NCBI GenBank assembly: GCA_965208675.1
Contig: OZ242351.1
Coordinates: 2,464,001-2,528,000, forward strand
Source: Candidatus Poribacteria bacterium
GTDB lineage: Bacteria; Poribacteria; WGA-4E; PCPOR2b
DNA: 64,000 nucleotides
Direction: 5' to 3'
Part shown: positions 25,821 through 36,336 of the stretch, in pieces
How positions within the stretch are numbered: the stretch's first letter is position 1
Layout of the letters: each line of letters opens with the position of its first letter
Position numbers and translations under genes: made by a program
The notes under the pieces: generated by a model
Databases searched by the model: none
Told to the model about the DNA's origin: nothing
What the model saw: only the letters and a program-made list of their open reading frames with translations

Positions 25821-26627
25821 ATGTTTAAGTTCAGCAACGAACAGATTGAGCGGTACAGCCGACACATTGTCCTTCCAGAAGTTGGCGGTATGGGACAAAC
25901 CAAGCTCCTCGAATCGAAAGTCCTGCTCATCGGCGCAGGCGGTTTGGGTTCACCGGCGGGGCTATATCTAGCGGCGGCTGGCATCGGAACGTTGGGAATT
26001 ATCGATCAAGACGTCGTTGATCTGAGCAACCTTCAACGACAAATTCTGCACGGTATGAGTGATATTGGCCGTCTAAAAGTTGAATCCGCGAAGGAGACGA
26101 TTGCGGATATTAATCCTGATGTACAAGTTATCACTCACACCGAACGCCTATCATCGGAAAATGCACTTGAAATTATTGGGCAGTACGATTTGGTCGTTGA
26201 TGGATGTGATAATTTCCCCACCCGCTATCTGATAAATGACGCTTGCGTAATGCTGGGCAAGCCGAACGTACACGGCAGCATATTTCAGTTTGAAGGGCAA
26301 GCGACTGTGTTCTACCCGGGAAAAGGACCGTGTTACCGCTGCCTCTATCCCATGCCTCCGCCGCCCGGTATGGCGCCAAGTTGCCAAGAGGCAGGCGTAT
26401 TTGGTGTATTGCCGGGAATTATCGGGAACATACAAGCGTTTGAGGCTATCAAGATTTTGCTCGATATTGGCGAGCCGCTTATCGGCCGGTTAAAACTATT
26501 CAACGGGTTAACAGCAGAATTCAAAGAACTGAAACTACGGCAAGATTCAGAATGTCCGATGTGCGGAGAAAATCCCACCATCCATGAACTGATTGACTAC
26601 GAGGAATTCTGTCGAGTGCAATGGTGA
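25821..26627 (+). CDS. moeB: MoeB/ThiF family adenylyltransferase (no rhodanese domain)
   Basis: ERYSRH, GAGGLG, SNLQRQ, CDNF, CYRC and CPMC zinc motifs. Confidence 0.9.
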   Translation: MFKFSNEQIERYSRHIVLPEVGGMGQTKLLESKVLLIGAGGLGSPAGLYLAAAGIGTLGIIDQDVVDLSNLQRQILHGMSDIGRLKVESAKETIADINPDVQVITHTERLSSENALEIIGQYDLVVDGCDNFPTRYLINDACVMLGKPNVHGSIFQFEGQATVFYPGKGPCYRCLYPMPPPPGMAPSCQEAGVFGVLPGIIGNIQAFEAIKILLDIGEPLIGRLKLFNGLTAEFKELKLRQDSECPMCGENPTIHELIDYEEFCRVQW

Positions 26628-26687
26628 CTTCATTGATAGTGCGCCGTCGGTAAACACGCCGCTTTTAAAGGGTAATGTGGAAAATAC

Positions 26688-26716
26688 TTGCCTAGCGCAG
26701 AATATTCATGTAGAAT
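26688..26716 (+). promoter_or_regulatory. Sigma70-type promoter for the selenoprotein gene
   Basis: TTGCCT-N17-TAGAAT. Confidence 0.55.
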
Positions 26717-26789
26717 TGTAATTCATCAGATTGGGTAATGTTCTAATGACCTAAATGTTAGGGAAATTGACTGCATAGGAGGATTCGCA

Positions 26790-27020
26790 ATGAATCTACA
26801 AATTGAATATTGCACGGCTTGAGGCTATTTACCCACAGCCGTCAGTTTGACGCAAGAACTATTGGATAAATACAAGACAGATATTAAGGGACTCACCCTT
26901 GTCCCGGGCAGCGGCGGCTGCTTTGAAGTGACGAGTAATGGAGACCTAATCTACTCTAAACTCCAAACAGGCGAGTTTCCAACCACGAAGCAGATTACTT
27001 CGGCAATTGAAGCGAACTAA
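26790..27020 (+). CDS. Rdx (SelW/SelT/SelH) family selenoprotein, 76 aa, Sec at UGA 26820-26822; not in the ORF track
   Basis: RBS AGGAGG; MNLQIEYCTA-U-GYLPTAVSLTQELL...LVPGSGGCFEV...IYSKLQTGEFP; CxxU motif; hairpin CGTCA-GTT-TGACG just 3' of the UGA. Confidence 0.92.
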
Positions 27021-27181
27021 GAAACAGGTGTGTGATTGTACAAGTCCAGTGGAACGTATGGATCTCTCCCTGCGTTCCACAAACATCCACGCCCTTACTC
27101 TCCCTACCTATTTCCTCAACTCCAGCAGATATCTCCCATCCCCATGATTACAGGTGCAAAGCGCTACTTTTAACTCCTACT

Positions 27182-27985
27182 TTACTCCACTGCGACGATG
27201 GACACATTCCATAGATCGGCTTGCCTGCAGAGCGCTTCCTGATTTACCACAAATGTACGCTTCGCTTCAACAGCGAGAACGCTGCCGTTGACTTCATGCA
27301 GCGCTTTCAGAGTTTCACTGCCGACAGTCGGCACGTCAATTCGGAAATCGTGATTCGAAGCGGCGGCTTTAGCAACAACTATCCCTTTACCCCCAAGTGC
27401 CCCGCCCCGTTGAATCGCCTCGTCGGTTCCTTCAATAGCTTCTATAGCGATTGGCAGCAACGATTTGACGATTACGGTTTGTCCAATGTCCAAGTTTGCA
27501 ACTTGGCGAGCTAACTGCATACCGTACTTCAAATCCTTCCATTCCGATGCCGTTGGCTGCTTTTTCGACAATACTCCCGCTTTAGGCATTAAACCCTTGA
27601 GGAAACGGTGTTGCTCAATGACAGATAGCCCTTTCGATTCAAACCTATCGATAATCGCAGCGATGCTGGCGCGGATACCCTTGCTGCGTGTACTCGCAAG
27701 AATTTTTGCCGCTGTTGAATCTAATAGAAAGGGACGAAGGAGCACGCTTTTATGGATTTTTCCAATAATCACAATTTCCCGGACGCCTGAATCGAGAAAT
27801 ATTCGCGTAACCTTTTGGATTTGTCCAATTCCAGCCGGAAATATTTCGGAAGAGACATCCGCCAATCGCTCGGAGGGATTTTTCGTGATAGGGACGACAA
27901 CTGGCACGCGGCCGTAATCGATCGCGGCTTGCGCCATCAAAACGGGCAACTCTCCCATGCCGGCAATTATCCCGAGTTTCTCCAT
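27182..27985 (-). CDS. lpxI: UDP-2,3-diacylglucosamine pyrophosphatase LpxI
   Basis: LGIIAGMGELP, DIGQTV, AIEAIEGTD, DFRIDVPTVG; adjacent to lpxA. Confidence 0.93.
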   Translation of the reverse strand: MEKLGIIAGMGELPVLMAQAAIDYGRVPVVVPITKNPSERLADVSSEIFPAGIGQIQKVTRIFLDSGVREIVIIGKIHKSVLLRPFLLDSTAAKILASTRSKGIRASIAAIIDRFESKGLSVIEQHRFLKGLMPKAGVLSKKQPTASEWKDLKYGMQLARQVANLDIGQTVIVKSLLPIAIEAIEGTDEAIQRGGALGGKGIVVAKAAASNHDFRIDVPTVGSETLKALHEVNGSVLAVEAKRTFVVNQEALCRQADLWNVSIVAVE

Positions 27986-28034
27986 CCCGGCTCCCCTGCG
28001 TCAATATTTTAACCGCTATCTGATGCTTGTCGGT

Positions 28035-28826
28035 CTAAACCCCGATACCTCGTTGAGAGTTCTCAATAAAATTCAGGAGATATTCCACTTCCTCATCCGG
28101 TTTGACTTCACTTCTGACCCGCGCAATTGCTTGGGTGAAATCAACCTTAGAACGAAAAAGAATACGGTGTGCCTGTTTGAGATGCTTAATTGTTTCCGGC
28201 GAGACGGATGCCATAGGATGGATTCCAGAGGAGCCGAGACCAACTACATTCAATGCACGGACACGCGCAGGGTGGCCATCGGAAATGGTGAACGGCGGCA
28301 CGTCCTGCACAAATTTCGAACATGCACCAGCCATTGCCATTTTTCCAACCCGCACAAATTGATGAAATGCAGCGTGGGCACCGATTCGCGCGTCGTCTTC
28401 GATTATCACATGTCCGCCCAGCGTGGCGAAATTCGCCATAATCGTTCGATTTCCAACAACGGTGTCATGGGCGATATTCACCCAGTTCATTAGCAAGTTG
28501 TCATTTCCAACAATCGTTGCGCCATCCTCAACCGTAGATCTGGAAATTGAAACGTACTCTCGCAATACATTCCGATCGCCAACTCGGACATAGCTTCGCC
28601 AACCCCCGTATTTAAGATCTTTTGAAGGATTGCCGATGGAACACCCGAAGAAGATTTGGCACTCTTCGCCAATGATTGTCCAGCGATCAATTTGAACATG
28701 CGGGCCAATCACGGTTCCACGACCGATTTGGACCTCATCGCTGATAATTGAGAAGGGACCGACTTCGACGTTCGCTCCGAACTTTGCCGTTGGCGAAACA
28801 ATTGCGGTAGGGTGAATATTGCTCAC
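28035..28826 (-). CDS. lpxA: Acyl-ACP--UDP-GlcNAc O-acyltransferase
   Basis: IHPTAIV, hexapeptide repeats, DLKY, IAHD, GHV, HQF, QDVPPF. Confidence 0.95.
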   Translation of the reverse strand: MSNIHPTAIVSPTAKFGANVEVGPFSIISDEVQIGRGTVIGPHVQIDRWTIIGEECQIFFGCSIGNPSKDLKYGGWRSYVRVGDRNVLREYVSISRSTVEDGATIVGNDNLLMNWVNIAHDTVVGNRTIMANFATLGGHVIIEDDARIGAHAAFHQFVRVGKMAMAGACSKFVQDVPPFTISDGHPARVRALNVVGLGSSGIHPMASVSPETIKHLKQAHRILFRSKVDFTQAIARVRSEVKPDEEVEYLLNFIENSQRGIGV

Positions 28827-28962
28827 TCATCTTCTCCCTAATGGTAACAGCCGCGAATGCGCAGCGTGGATGTTTCTCTCCCTTAGAATCAGTGACCATC
28901 AGTTGCGGCAAGTGCTATGCGGCGCACTCCAAAGATAAGTTTGCTTCATTAAGGTCACGCCC

Positions 28963-30246
28963 CTACGCCGCTGCGTTCTGGTTGAGCGCGATTGCTAACT
29001 CTCCCTCGGCTGCAAGCGTTCCTTCGACATACGCTTTACCACCGATGCGCGCCCATGTGCGGCGCCTCCGTAGAATTTCAACTTCCAACCTGAGTTGGTC
29101 CCCCGGAATAACAGGGCGCCGGAATTTTGCGTCCTTAATCGACGCAAAATATCCAAGTTGCCCCTCAACAGATTGTTCTTGCAGTAACAACCAGGCGCCA
29201 AGTTGCGCTAACGCCTCCATCTGCAATACGCCCGGCATCACCGGCTGCTCAGGAAAATGGCCCTGAAAAAATTGCTCGTTGATTGTGAGATTCTTGATAC
29301 CAACTGCCCGTTTTCCCGGTTCAAATTCAATAACCCGATCGAGCATGCACATTGGATAACGGTGCGGTAGAATCCGATAAATCTCTAGGGATTCCACCGG
29401 GTCTTGCAATGGTTCTCCAATTAGTCTCTTTTCCGCTAGATTTTGAATCAGCTGCGCGTGTAAAGCGTGGCCAGATCGAATCGCAATAACTTGTGATTTA
29501 GGAAGTTGACCGCCCAAGTAGAGATCGCCAATCAGATCCAAAATTTTGTGCCGCACGAATTCATCTTCAAACCTTAGCGCACCACTGGTGCGTCCACCTT
29601 CATCAACAACAACCACGTTTTCATGAGTCGCTCCTTTACCGATCCCCTGATTTTTGAGCGCCTCAACTTCATCGGCGAAACAGAAACTGCGTGCAGGCGC
29701 AATCTCTTTTTCATAAATCTCTGGCTGGATGGTGTAGGTTGCAACTTGAGACGGTATTTGGGGGTGATCGTACGCGAAGGAGACTTGCATTGAATCCGAA
29801 GGAAGTAAAATTAGTTGCTTATCATTGTCATAAACAGCGAACGGTTCTGACAGTTCAACCGAGTACCGCGGTGCGTTCTGTTGAATAATTCCCGCTTCTT
29901 TGATGAGATTTACATATTGCAACGCACTTCCATCTAGCGCAGGCGGCTCCGGCGCATTGATGTCAATGCTCACATTATCAATCCTCATACCCGCCAATGC
30001 CGACAATAGGTGTTCAACGCTGCTGATTGTAGCATCACCGCTGCGTAAGCTAGTACAGCGGGGAACCGCATCTTCATAGTTATCGGGGCAAACTTTAATC
30101 GAGGGGTTGCCGGGGAGATCGATTCGGTGAAAAACAACCCCGTAATCTTCCGGCGCCGATTTAAAGGTTAGCTCAACTGCTTCGCCCAGCATCAAACCAC
30201 ACCCCGAAATCGCCGCTTCATTTTGAATCGTCTGTTGCCGCTCCAA
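28963..30246 (-). CDS. lpxC: Bifunctional LpxC-FabZ
   Basis: QQTI, VEHLLSAL, HKILDLIGDL (LpxC), then LPHRYP...FFQGHFP..PVMPGVLQMEALAQ (FabZ); TTG start at 30246 chosen from the upstream purine-rich RBS. Confidence 0.95.
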   Translation of the reverse strand: MERQQTIQNEAAISGCGLMLGEAVELTFKSAPEDYGVVFHRIDLPGNPSIKVCPDNYEDAVPRCTSLRSGDATISSVEHLLSALAGMRIDNVSIDINAPEPPALDGSALQYVNLIKEAGIIQQNAPRYSVELSEPFAVYDNDKQLILLPSDSMQVSFAYDHPQIPSQVATYTIQPEIYEKEIAPARSFCFADEVEALKNQGIGKGATHENVVVVDEGGRTSGALRFEDEFVRHKILDLIGDLYLGGQLPKSQVIAIRSGHALHAQLIQNLAEKRLIGEPLQDPVESLEIYRILPHRYPMCMLDRVIEFEPGKRAVGIKNLTINEQFFQGHFPEQPVMPGVLQMEALAQLGAWLLLQEQSVEGQLGYFASIKDAKFRRPVIPGDQLRLEVEILRRRRTWARIGGKAYVEGTLAAEGELAIALNQNAAA

Positions 30247-30288
30247 ATCGAAGTCTCCCTTCCTTGTACGCACGTAGGCTTGAGCCTG

Positions 30289-31326
30289 TCAGTCCGCACC
30301 TTGTGCTTTTATTTTGCGAATCATCTTTTGGTGTTCCTTTAAAGTATTCGAGAAGTGGTGTTTGCCGCCGTCAATGGCGACAAAGTAAAGATGAGACGTG
30401 GAAACGGGACGTAAGGCAGCAAGGATCGAATCCAACCCCGGATTACAAATAGGCCCAGGCGGTAAACCCTTATGACGGTATGTATTGTAAAGAGAGTCTA
30501 CTTCAAGATCCGCCCTTGTCAATTGGTGTTCGGGGTTGCCAAGCGCATAAAGAACGGTTGGATCTGCTTCCAGCCGCCAACCTCGACGTAAGCGGTTGTG
30601 GTAAACGCCTGAAATTAATGGGCGTTCATGCGCGTGTTTTGCTTCCTTTTCGATAATTGACGCCAATGTAACCACCTCGTGCCTAGACAATTGCAGCGAT
30701 TCGGCTTCGTCGCTCAACTTAGATGTCCACAACCGGTCAAAAATCTTAAGCATCAACTCGATTTGTACCTCGGGTGGTGTTCCATCAGCCAATTGGAAAG
30801 TATTCGGGAAAAGATATCCTTCCAACGTTTCCGCTTCGATCTTGTATTTCGTTCGCCACAGCGGAGAACTAGCTGCCCGCGCAAACGCCTCCGCGGATCC
30901 AAATCCCTCGCTCTCCCAAAGCTGCCCAATTTGAGCAATTGTCAAACCTTCGGGTACAACAAATCGGCGCGTCTCTACCCTTCCCGCTTTTAGCTTTTCG
31001 ATAATGTTCATGGGAGTCATCGAACCGCTCAACCGGTAGATTCCCGCTTTCAAATCGCGGCTAGCACCACTGAACCGGGCCATCAACTGAAACATCACCG
31101 CACTGCGGATAAGATTTTCACGCGCAAGCTGTTTTGCTATGGCTTTTGAACTCATCCCGGTAGAAATGGAGGATAATCGCGGTTTAGCATCTCGACTGAC
31201 CGGCCTCAAGCACATCACCGCAAAAATCGCCGCAATTGCGCCCGAGATAGACAAACTGAATATTGCAACGTAGATAATTGCAGGGGCATTCCGCGCCGCG
31301 TATTTATAAAGAATGCGTGAATTCAT
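30289..31326 (-). CDS. mltG: Endolytic transglycosylase MltG
   Basis: N-terminal TM; VPEG, LEGYLFP, LASIIEKE, LEADPTV, YNTY...GLPPGPICNPG. Confidence 0.95.
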   Translation of the reverse strand: MNSRILYKYAARNAPAIIYVAIFSLSISGAIAAIFAVMCLRPVSRDAKPRLSSISTGMSSKAIAKQLARENLIRSAVMFQLMARFSGASRDLKAGIYRLSGSMTPMNIIEKLKAGRVETRRFVVPEGLTIAQIGQLWESEGFGSAEAFARAASSPLWRTKYKIEAETLEGYLFPNTFQLADGTPPEVQIELMLKIFDRLWTSKLSDEAESLQLSRHEVVTLASIIEKEAKHAHERPLISGVYHNRLRRGWRLEADPTVLYALGNPEHQLTRADLEVDSLYNTYRHKGLPPGPICNPGLDSILAALRPVSTSHLYFVAIDGGKHHFSNTLKEHQKMIRKIKAQGAD

Positions 31327-31376
31327 CGTATTTTATTTTGACACTTAAACCAGTAATCGTTACTTGGCATTCCCAG

Positions 31377-31799
31377 CTATGGGCGGTTTCGTAATTGCTC
31401 TAGGTAGCTCTCAAGTATCAACACGGCTGCCACCTGATCGATGATTCTCTTCTGCTTCTTTCGACGCTTTTTGGTTTGCTGAAGTATCTGTTCCGCCTCT
31501 ACCGTAGTGAAACTTTCATCCCAGAATGAAATTGGTAGATTGGATGCGCGCTCTAAAAACGCAGCGAATTTTTTGACCTTCTGCGCTTGAATCCCAACTT
31601 CACCATTGAGCCGAAGCGGCAGCCCGATGACAATCTGGTCTACACCGTGCGCATCAATTAGGGCATTTAGCGCTGCGAGATCGACCTTACGATTCTTCCG
31701 CGTAATTGTGCAGAGCGGGTGCGCTGCAATACCGAGTTCATCGCTTATCGCGGCGCCGATTCGTACATCCCCGATGTCTAATCCAAGAATGACTGCCAT
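31377..31799 (-). CDS. ruvX: Holliday junction resolvase-like / pre-16S rRNA nuclease YqgF
   Basis: LGLDIG..RIG.AISD, IVIGLP, WDE, DQVAAVLIL. Confidence 0.93.
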   Translation of the reverse strand: MAVILGLDIGDVRIGAAISDELGIAAHPLCTITRKNRKVDLAALNALIDAHGVDQIVIGLPLRLNGEVGIQAQKVKKFAAFLERASNLPISFWDESFTTVEAEQILQQTKKRRKKQKRIIDQVAAVLILESYLEQLRNRP

Positions 31800-32045
31800 G
31801 ATGAGTTATACCTGCCTCAAAATCGAACAAAACCAGAGATAGACAGACCGATTCTGCCGCTTTCAATTAAGGTTTCCCCCACGTTTCTTATCGATTTGAT
31901 GGACATGTTCAGCATGACAATCATCGCATCGGGGGAACCTGAATCGTCATCTGCTTCAGGTGAGAAGGGGTGGATAAATGTCTATCGCTTTGGACGTTGT
32001 TATTCAGGACGCAAGCCCGTCTTGACGCAACCTTGACCGCTTAAG

Positions 32046-32074
32046 ATGATAGCATTGGTGAGAATTGATGTCAA
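32046..32074 (-). promoter_or_regulatory. Sigma70-type promoter for the ruvX-mltG-lpx operon
   Basis: Minus strand TTGACA-N17-TATCAT with extended TGn. Confidence 0.7.
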
Positions 32075-32421
32075 GTACAAACTGCTGCTATCAGCGCCCT
32101 TTCGAGCCCAATAGAATGGCGAGGCGGCTTCAACGCCGGGGCTTATGTTAAAACCGTAAACTCAGGTTTGATGGGGGACGTACAGTCATTTCAACAGCCC
32201 GCTGAATCTATTCGCAGCCGAATTCGTGGGAAATTCTATATGGGTTGTAGAACGAAAACTCCCACGGCTTCGGTTGCGGCAATTCAAGTAGTACCTAGGA
32301 ATGAATATTGGCGCGAAATGACACGCCTCCCTACAAAAATTGAGATTATGTAATAGGTTCTGTTGACATTTTGAGGCTACTGATTCGGCAAACGTTGTCA
32401 CCATTGGATAATCTGATATAA

Positions 32422-32478
32422 GTAGCGCAAACTGTTAGTTTGCGGGCTCGGATCGCAATCTAAACAGATTGTGTTACA
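32422..32478. repeat. GTAG-type REP doublet
   Basis: GTAGCGCAAACTGTTAGTTTGCG followed by an inverted degenerate copy CGCAATCTAAACAGATTGTGTTAC. Confidence 0.6.
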
Positions 32479-32546
32479 AAAGATTCCTTTGTACTTGATA
32501 AAGACTGCCGTTTAACCGTTCAATTCAACCTACGGGATGCCAAATG

Positions 32547-35150
32547 TCAACACGCCCTAGCTTCGCGGAAAACAAATTTCGCATCGCCGCCCTCATCGTC
32601 AAAGTCGACTTCAACGGTGCTGCCTTCGCGGAACTCGCCTTCAAGTATCTCAACAGCCAACGGGTTCAAGATATCCCGCTGGATGGTACGGCGGAGCGGC
32701 CGTGCGCCGTATACCTCATCATAACCGCGAACGGCGATCTCTTCTTTGGCAGTCTCCGAGAGATTCAAGTTGATATTTTTCTCAGCGAGGCGTGCGCTGA
32801 GTTGATTCAATTCGAGCGAAACAATCCTTTTTATCTCTTTGACACCAAGCCGATTGAAAATAATCAAATCGTCAATACGGTTGAGGAATTCAGGGCGGAA
32901 TTGCTGCTGCGTCGCTTCGGTGACTCGATGCCGCATTTCGTCAACGTCTAAGTTCCCCGCGCTAATCCACTGGCTGCCGACGTTCGATGTCATGATTACA
33001 ACCGTGTTTTTGAAATCGACAGTGCGTCCTTGTCCATCGGTCAGCCGTCCATCGTCAAGCAGTTGCAACAGCACATTGAACACATCCGCGTGCGCTTTCT
33101 CAATCTCGTCAAAAAGCACCACGCCGTATGGGTGGCGCCGGACAGCCTCCGTGAGCTGCCCGCCCTCATCATAGCCAACATAACCCGGCGGTGCGCCGAT
33201 AAGCCTTGACACCGTGTGTTTCTCCATGTATTCGCTCATATCAATCCGAACCATTGCGCTTTGGTCGTCAAACAGGAATTCCGCCAGCGCCTTTGCGAGG
33301 TGGGTTTTGCCAACCCCGGTCGGACCCATAAAGACAAAAGAACCGATGGGGCGGCTGGGGTCTTGCAACCCAACACGGGAGCGCCGGATCGCATTGGAGA
33401 CCGCCTCGACAGCCTCATCTTGCCCAATCACCTCTTCTTTGAGGCGTTCTTCCATGTGAATTAGCTTCTGAACTTCGCCCTCCATCATACGCGCGACGGG
33501 GATGCCCGTCCATCTAGCCACGATCTCAGCGATAGCTTCGCGATCGATTTTCTCTTTGAGCATCTGATTTGACTGCTGCAACGACTCCAAGCTCTCTTTG
33601 GCGTTCTGGAATTGCGTCTCAAGCTCGAAAAGTTCTCCATACCGAATCTGCGAGGCTCTGGTGAGGTTCCCGGTGCGTGTCGCCTGTTCCTCCTCAGTCT
33701 TCAGGGCTTCAATCTGCGCCATAATTTCTCGCATGCGGTCGATGGTTTCCTTTTCGTTCTGCCACCGCGCTTTAAGCTGATTGCGCTTCTCTTCCAGACC
33801 GGCAAGCTCCTCGGCGATTTTCGCCAACCGGTCTTTGGAGGTATCATCCTCCTCCTTCTCAAGCGCCTGCCGTTCAATCTCCAACTGAATGATGCGGCGT
33901 TCAACTTCGTCAATCTCCTCCGGGACGCTGTCAATCTCGATTCTTCGGCGCGACGCGGCTTCGTCGATTAGGTCGACAGCTTTATCCGGCAGGAACCTAT
34001 CCGAGATATACCGGTGCGAAAGCGCCGCTGCAGCCACAATCGCATTATCCTGAATCTGGACGCCGTGATGGGTCTCGTAACGCTCTTTCAAGCCGCGAAG
34101 AATGGCGATTGTGTTCTCGACAGACGGTTCTTCCACCATGACCGGCTGGAAACGCCGTTCTAATGCCGCGTCCTTTTCGACGTGCTTCCGATACTCATCC
34201 AGCGTGGTTGCCCCGATACACCGAAGCTCGCCGCGCGCCAGCGCGGGCTTGAGCATATTCGAGGCGTCAACGGCACCCTCCGCCGCGCCGGCGCCGACGA
34301 TTGTGTGCAGTTCGTCGATAAAGAGGATTATTTGTCCGTCAGACTGTTCAATATCTTTGAGCACCGCTTTGAGCCGGTCTTCAAATTCGCCACGGTATTT
34401 GGATCCCGCGATAAGCCCCCCGAGATCCAGCGCCACTAGTCGTTTATGTGCCAGATTTTCCGGGACATCGCTGTTGACGATGCGCTGTGCAAGCCCTTCA
34501 ACGATTGCCGTTTTTCCAACGCCCGGTTCACCGATTAACACCGGATTGTTCTTTCTACGGCGCGACAGCACTTGCATCAGGCGGCGGATTTCATCGTCCC
34601 GCCCGATGACCGGATCCAGCTTGCCCGCCATCGCCTCGTGCGTCAAATCCCGGCTAAACCGCGTCAGCGCTTGATATTTGTCTTCAGCGTTCGGATCGGT
34701 GACGCGCTGACCGCCGCGGATTTCCACCAACGCCTTGAGAATCTTGTCTTTAGTGACGCCGTGCGCACTGAGTATTTTCCCCGCGGCGCTCCGCTTTTCC
34801 TGCACGCAGCCAATGAGCAGGTGTTCCGTACTCAGGTATTCATCCTTTAGGTTCGCCGCCTCCTTCCACGCGGTATCAAAGACCGTTCTGAGTTCGGTTG
34901 AAAGGTGAAGTTCACTGCCGTTGCCGCGCACCTTGGGTGCGCTTTCAAACTCCTGATTCAGATCTGAACGTATGGCGTGCACATCCGCGCCGACTTTTTG
35001 TAGGATTGGCGTGACTACACCATCTGCCTGGTCTATCAGCGCGGCTAGTAGATGCCCTGCGCCAATCTCAGGGTTTTCTGCTTGACTTGCGCAGTCTTGA
35101 GCGGCTTGTACCGCTTCCTGCGCCTTTATGGTGAATTTATCATATCTCAT
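32547..35150 (-). CDS. clpB: ATP-dependent chaperone ClpB
   Basis: Start MRYDKFT at 35150 with RBS; [14 protein letters not shown], long M-domain coiled coil, [24 protein letters not shown]. Confidence 0.97.
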   Translation of the reverse strand: MRYDKFTIKAQEAVQAAQDCASQAENPEIGAGHLLAALIDQADGVVTPILQKVGADVHAIRSDLNQEFESAPKVRGNGSELHLSTELRTVFDTAWKEAANLKDEYLSTEHLLIGCVQEKRSAAGKILSAHGVTKDKILKALVEIRGGQRVTDPNAEDKYQALTRFSRDLTHEAMAGKLDPVIGRDDEIRRLMQVLSRRRKNNPVLIGEPGVGKTAIVEGLAQRIVNSDVPENLAHKRLVALDLGGLIAGSKYRGEFEDRLKAVLKDIEQSDGQIILFIDELHTIVGAGAAEGAVDASNMLKPALARGELRCIGATTLDEYRKHVEKDAALERRFQPVMVEEPSVENTIAILRGLKERYETHHGVQIQDNAIVAAAALSHRYISDRFLPDKAVDLIDEAASRRRIEIDSVPEEIDEVERRIIQLEIERQALEKEEDDTSKDRLAKIAEELAGLEEKRNQLKARWQNEKETIDRMREIMAQIEALKTEEEQATRTGNLTRASQIRYGELFELETQFQNAKESLESLQQSNQMLKEKIDREAIAEIVARWTGIPVARMMEGEVQKLIHMEERLKEEVIGQDEAVEAVSNAIRRSRVGLQDPSRPIGSFVFMGPTGVGKTHLAKALAEFLFDDQSAMVRIDMSEYMEKHTVSRLIGAPPGYVGYDEGGQLTEAVRRHPYGVVLFDEIEKAHADVFNVLLQLLDDGRLTDGQGRTVDFKNTVVIMTSNVGSQWISAGNLDVDEMRHRVTEATQQQFRPEFLNRIDDLIIFNRLGVKEIKRIVSLELNQLSARLAEKNINLNLSETAKEEIAVRGYDEVYGARPLRRTIQRDILNPLAVEILEGEFREGSTVEVDFDDEGGDAKFVFREARAC

Positions 35151-35455
35151 TTTTGTCCTCTCCTGTTGTGCGGTTAGGTTTTTGTTATTGTCATCTTGCA
35201 GGATGAATGCCAACGCGCTAGCGTGGGTAATTACGGCGTTTCATTGGTTGCAAACAACCGGCAATCGTGCCAGACTGACAAAATGGCATCTGTTATGTAC
35301 GTAAGTTGCCGAATTGGCATTTGGCTAGGATGACGCCGAAGAAAGGCCCCAAGAAATTCCGAAGCACACATTTACAGAATTTTTCGAAGACAATAAAATT
35401 ACCGGTTTTATTTCGGCACGGCGTAATGACGTGCCAATTTATGTGCATGACCGTG

Positions 35456-36265
35456 TTAATACAACCTCCTAGACGGAGATTTCGGAAACTTAACTGGACG
35501 GAACTCTACACCTTTTAGCAAACCGAGTGCGGCTTTCAATCGCACCTGAGAATCTTTGTCCTCGAGCAGTTCTTCGACCACTTTGAAAGCCTTTGAAATT
35601 GCAGTGGATAATGCCTGAAGCTGTGATTCCTGAAGATACGTGCGTGCTTCTAGCAATTCTTCAGCGAACGAGGAATTCTGGCGCCATGAAATAATTGTGT
35701 ACCGCGAAACACCAATCATGTCACCCACCTCTTGATCTGTTTTCCCCGATAACATCAGCGGGATTGCAAGGGACTGTTTTTCGGTAATCTCACGCTTTTC
35801 AGCCTCGAATTCCTTCCGATTTTTCTCTGTTTTTGGGTCGGTTTCGCAGGCGGCATTTTGTGCAGATATGAAAATATCTCCGTCGTAAGGATTGTCATCC
35901 CCATCGTCGTCTTCATCCTCTTCGTGATTGGCATCTACGTCCAACCACTTTAGCAATATGCCGCTTTCAAGCTCAAGGCGCGTTTCGATATCCTCATAAC
36001 GATAACCTTGATGAACCAAGAAACCTGCACAAACTTCGGGCATATGGGATTCAAAGTTACCGCGAGTTACCGGATCGCCTTCTTCCGTCAGCGCTTCTAT
36101 GGTTCGAAAAAGTGCATCGTTTTGCCAAGTATCGAATTCGCATGAGTTGATTCCGAGCCCTTCAAGCGTAGCGTAGTGTGTGCTTCGCAGATATAGCAAT
36201 TGTTGTTCGGACAACTCAAGATTTACAGATGCAATGTCTTTTTTGCGGGGTGCCATATGGTGCAT
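35456..36265 (-). CDS. HTH protein, phage terminase-small-subunit/phBC6A51-like C-terminal half
   Basis: EKQSLAIPLMLSGKTDQEVGDMIGVSRYTIISWRQNSSF...SQVRLKAALGLL. Confidence 0.6.
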   Translation of the reverse strand: MHHMAPRKKDIASVNLELSEQQLLYLRSTHYATLEGLGINSCEFDTWQNDALFRTIEALTEEGDPVTRGNFESHMPEVCAGFLVHQGYRYEDIETRLELESGILLKWLDVDANHEEDEDDDGDDNPYDGDIFISAQNAACETDPKTEKNRKEFEAEKREITEKQSLAIPLMLSGKTDQEVGDMIGVSRYTIISWRQNSSFAEELLEARTYLQESQLQALSTAISKAFKVVEELLEDKDSQVRLKAALGLLKGVEFRPVKFPKSPSRRLY

Positions 36266-36336
36266 TCCTTTCTAAATTCAACAAAACTCAACAATTTTCA
36301 ACAGTTTTTTGTTTGATCCGGCTGCCACTGCTATCC

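Noticed and set aside
28963-30246. LpxC-FabZ fusion as a novelty
   Set aside because: Well known in Bacteroidota and several other phyla.
31800-32040. 6S RNA or tRNA
   Set aside because: No cloverleaf or T-loop, and no end-to-end rod with a central bubble that I could verify.
35255-35440. Sigma54 or CIRCE elements upstream of clpB (TGGCACG motifs; GGCACG-N9-CGTGCC)
   Set aside because: The GG-N10-GC spacing fails at both TGGCACG sites, and the inverted repeat does not match CIRCE sequence or spacing.
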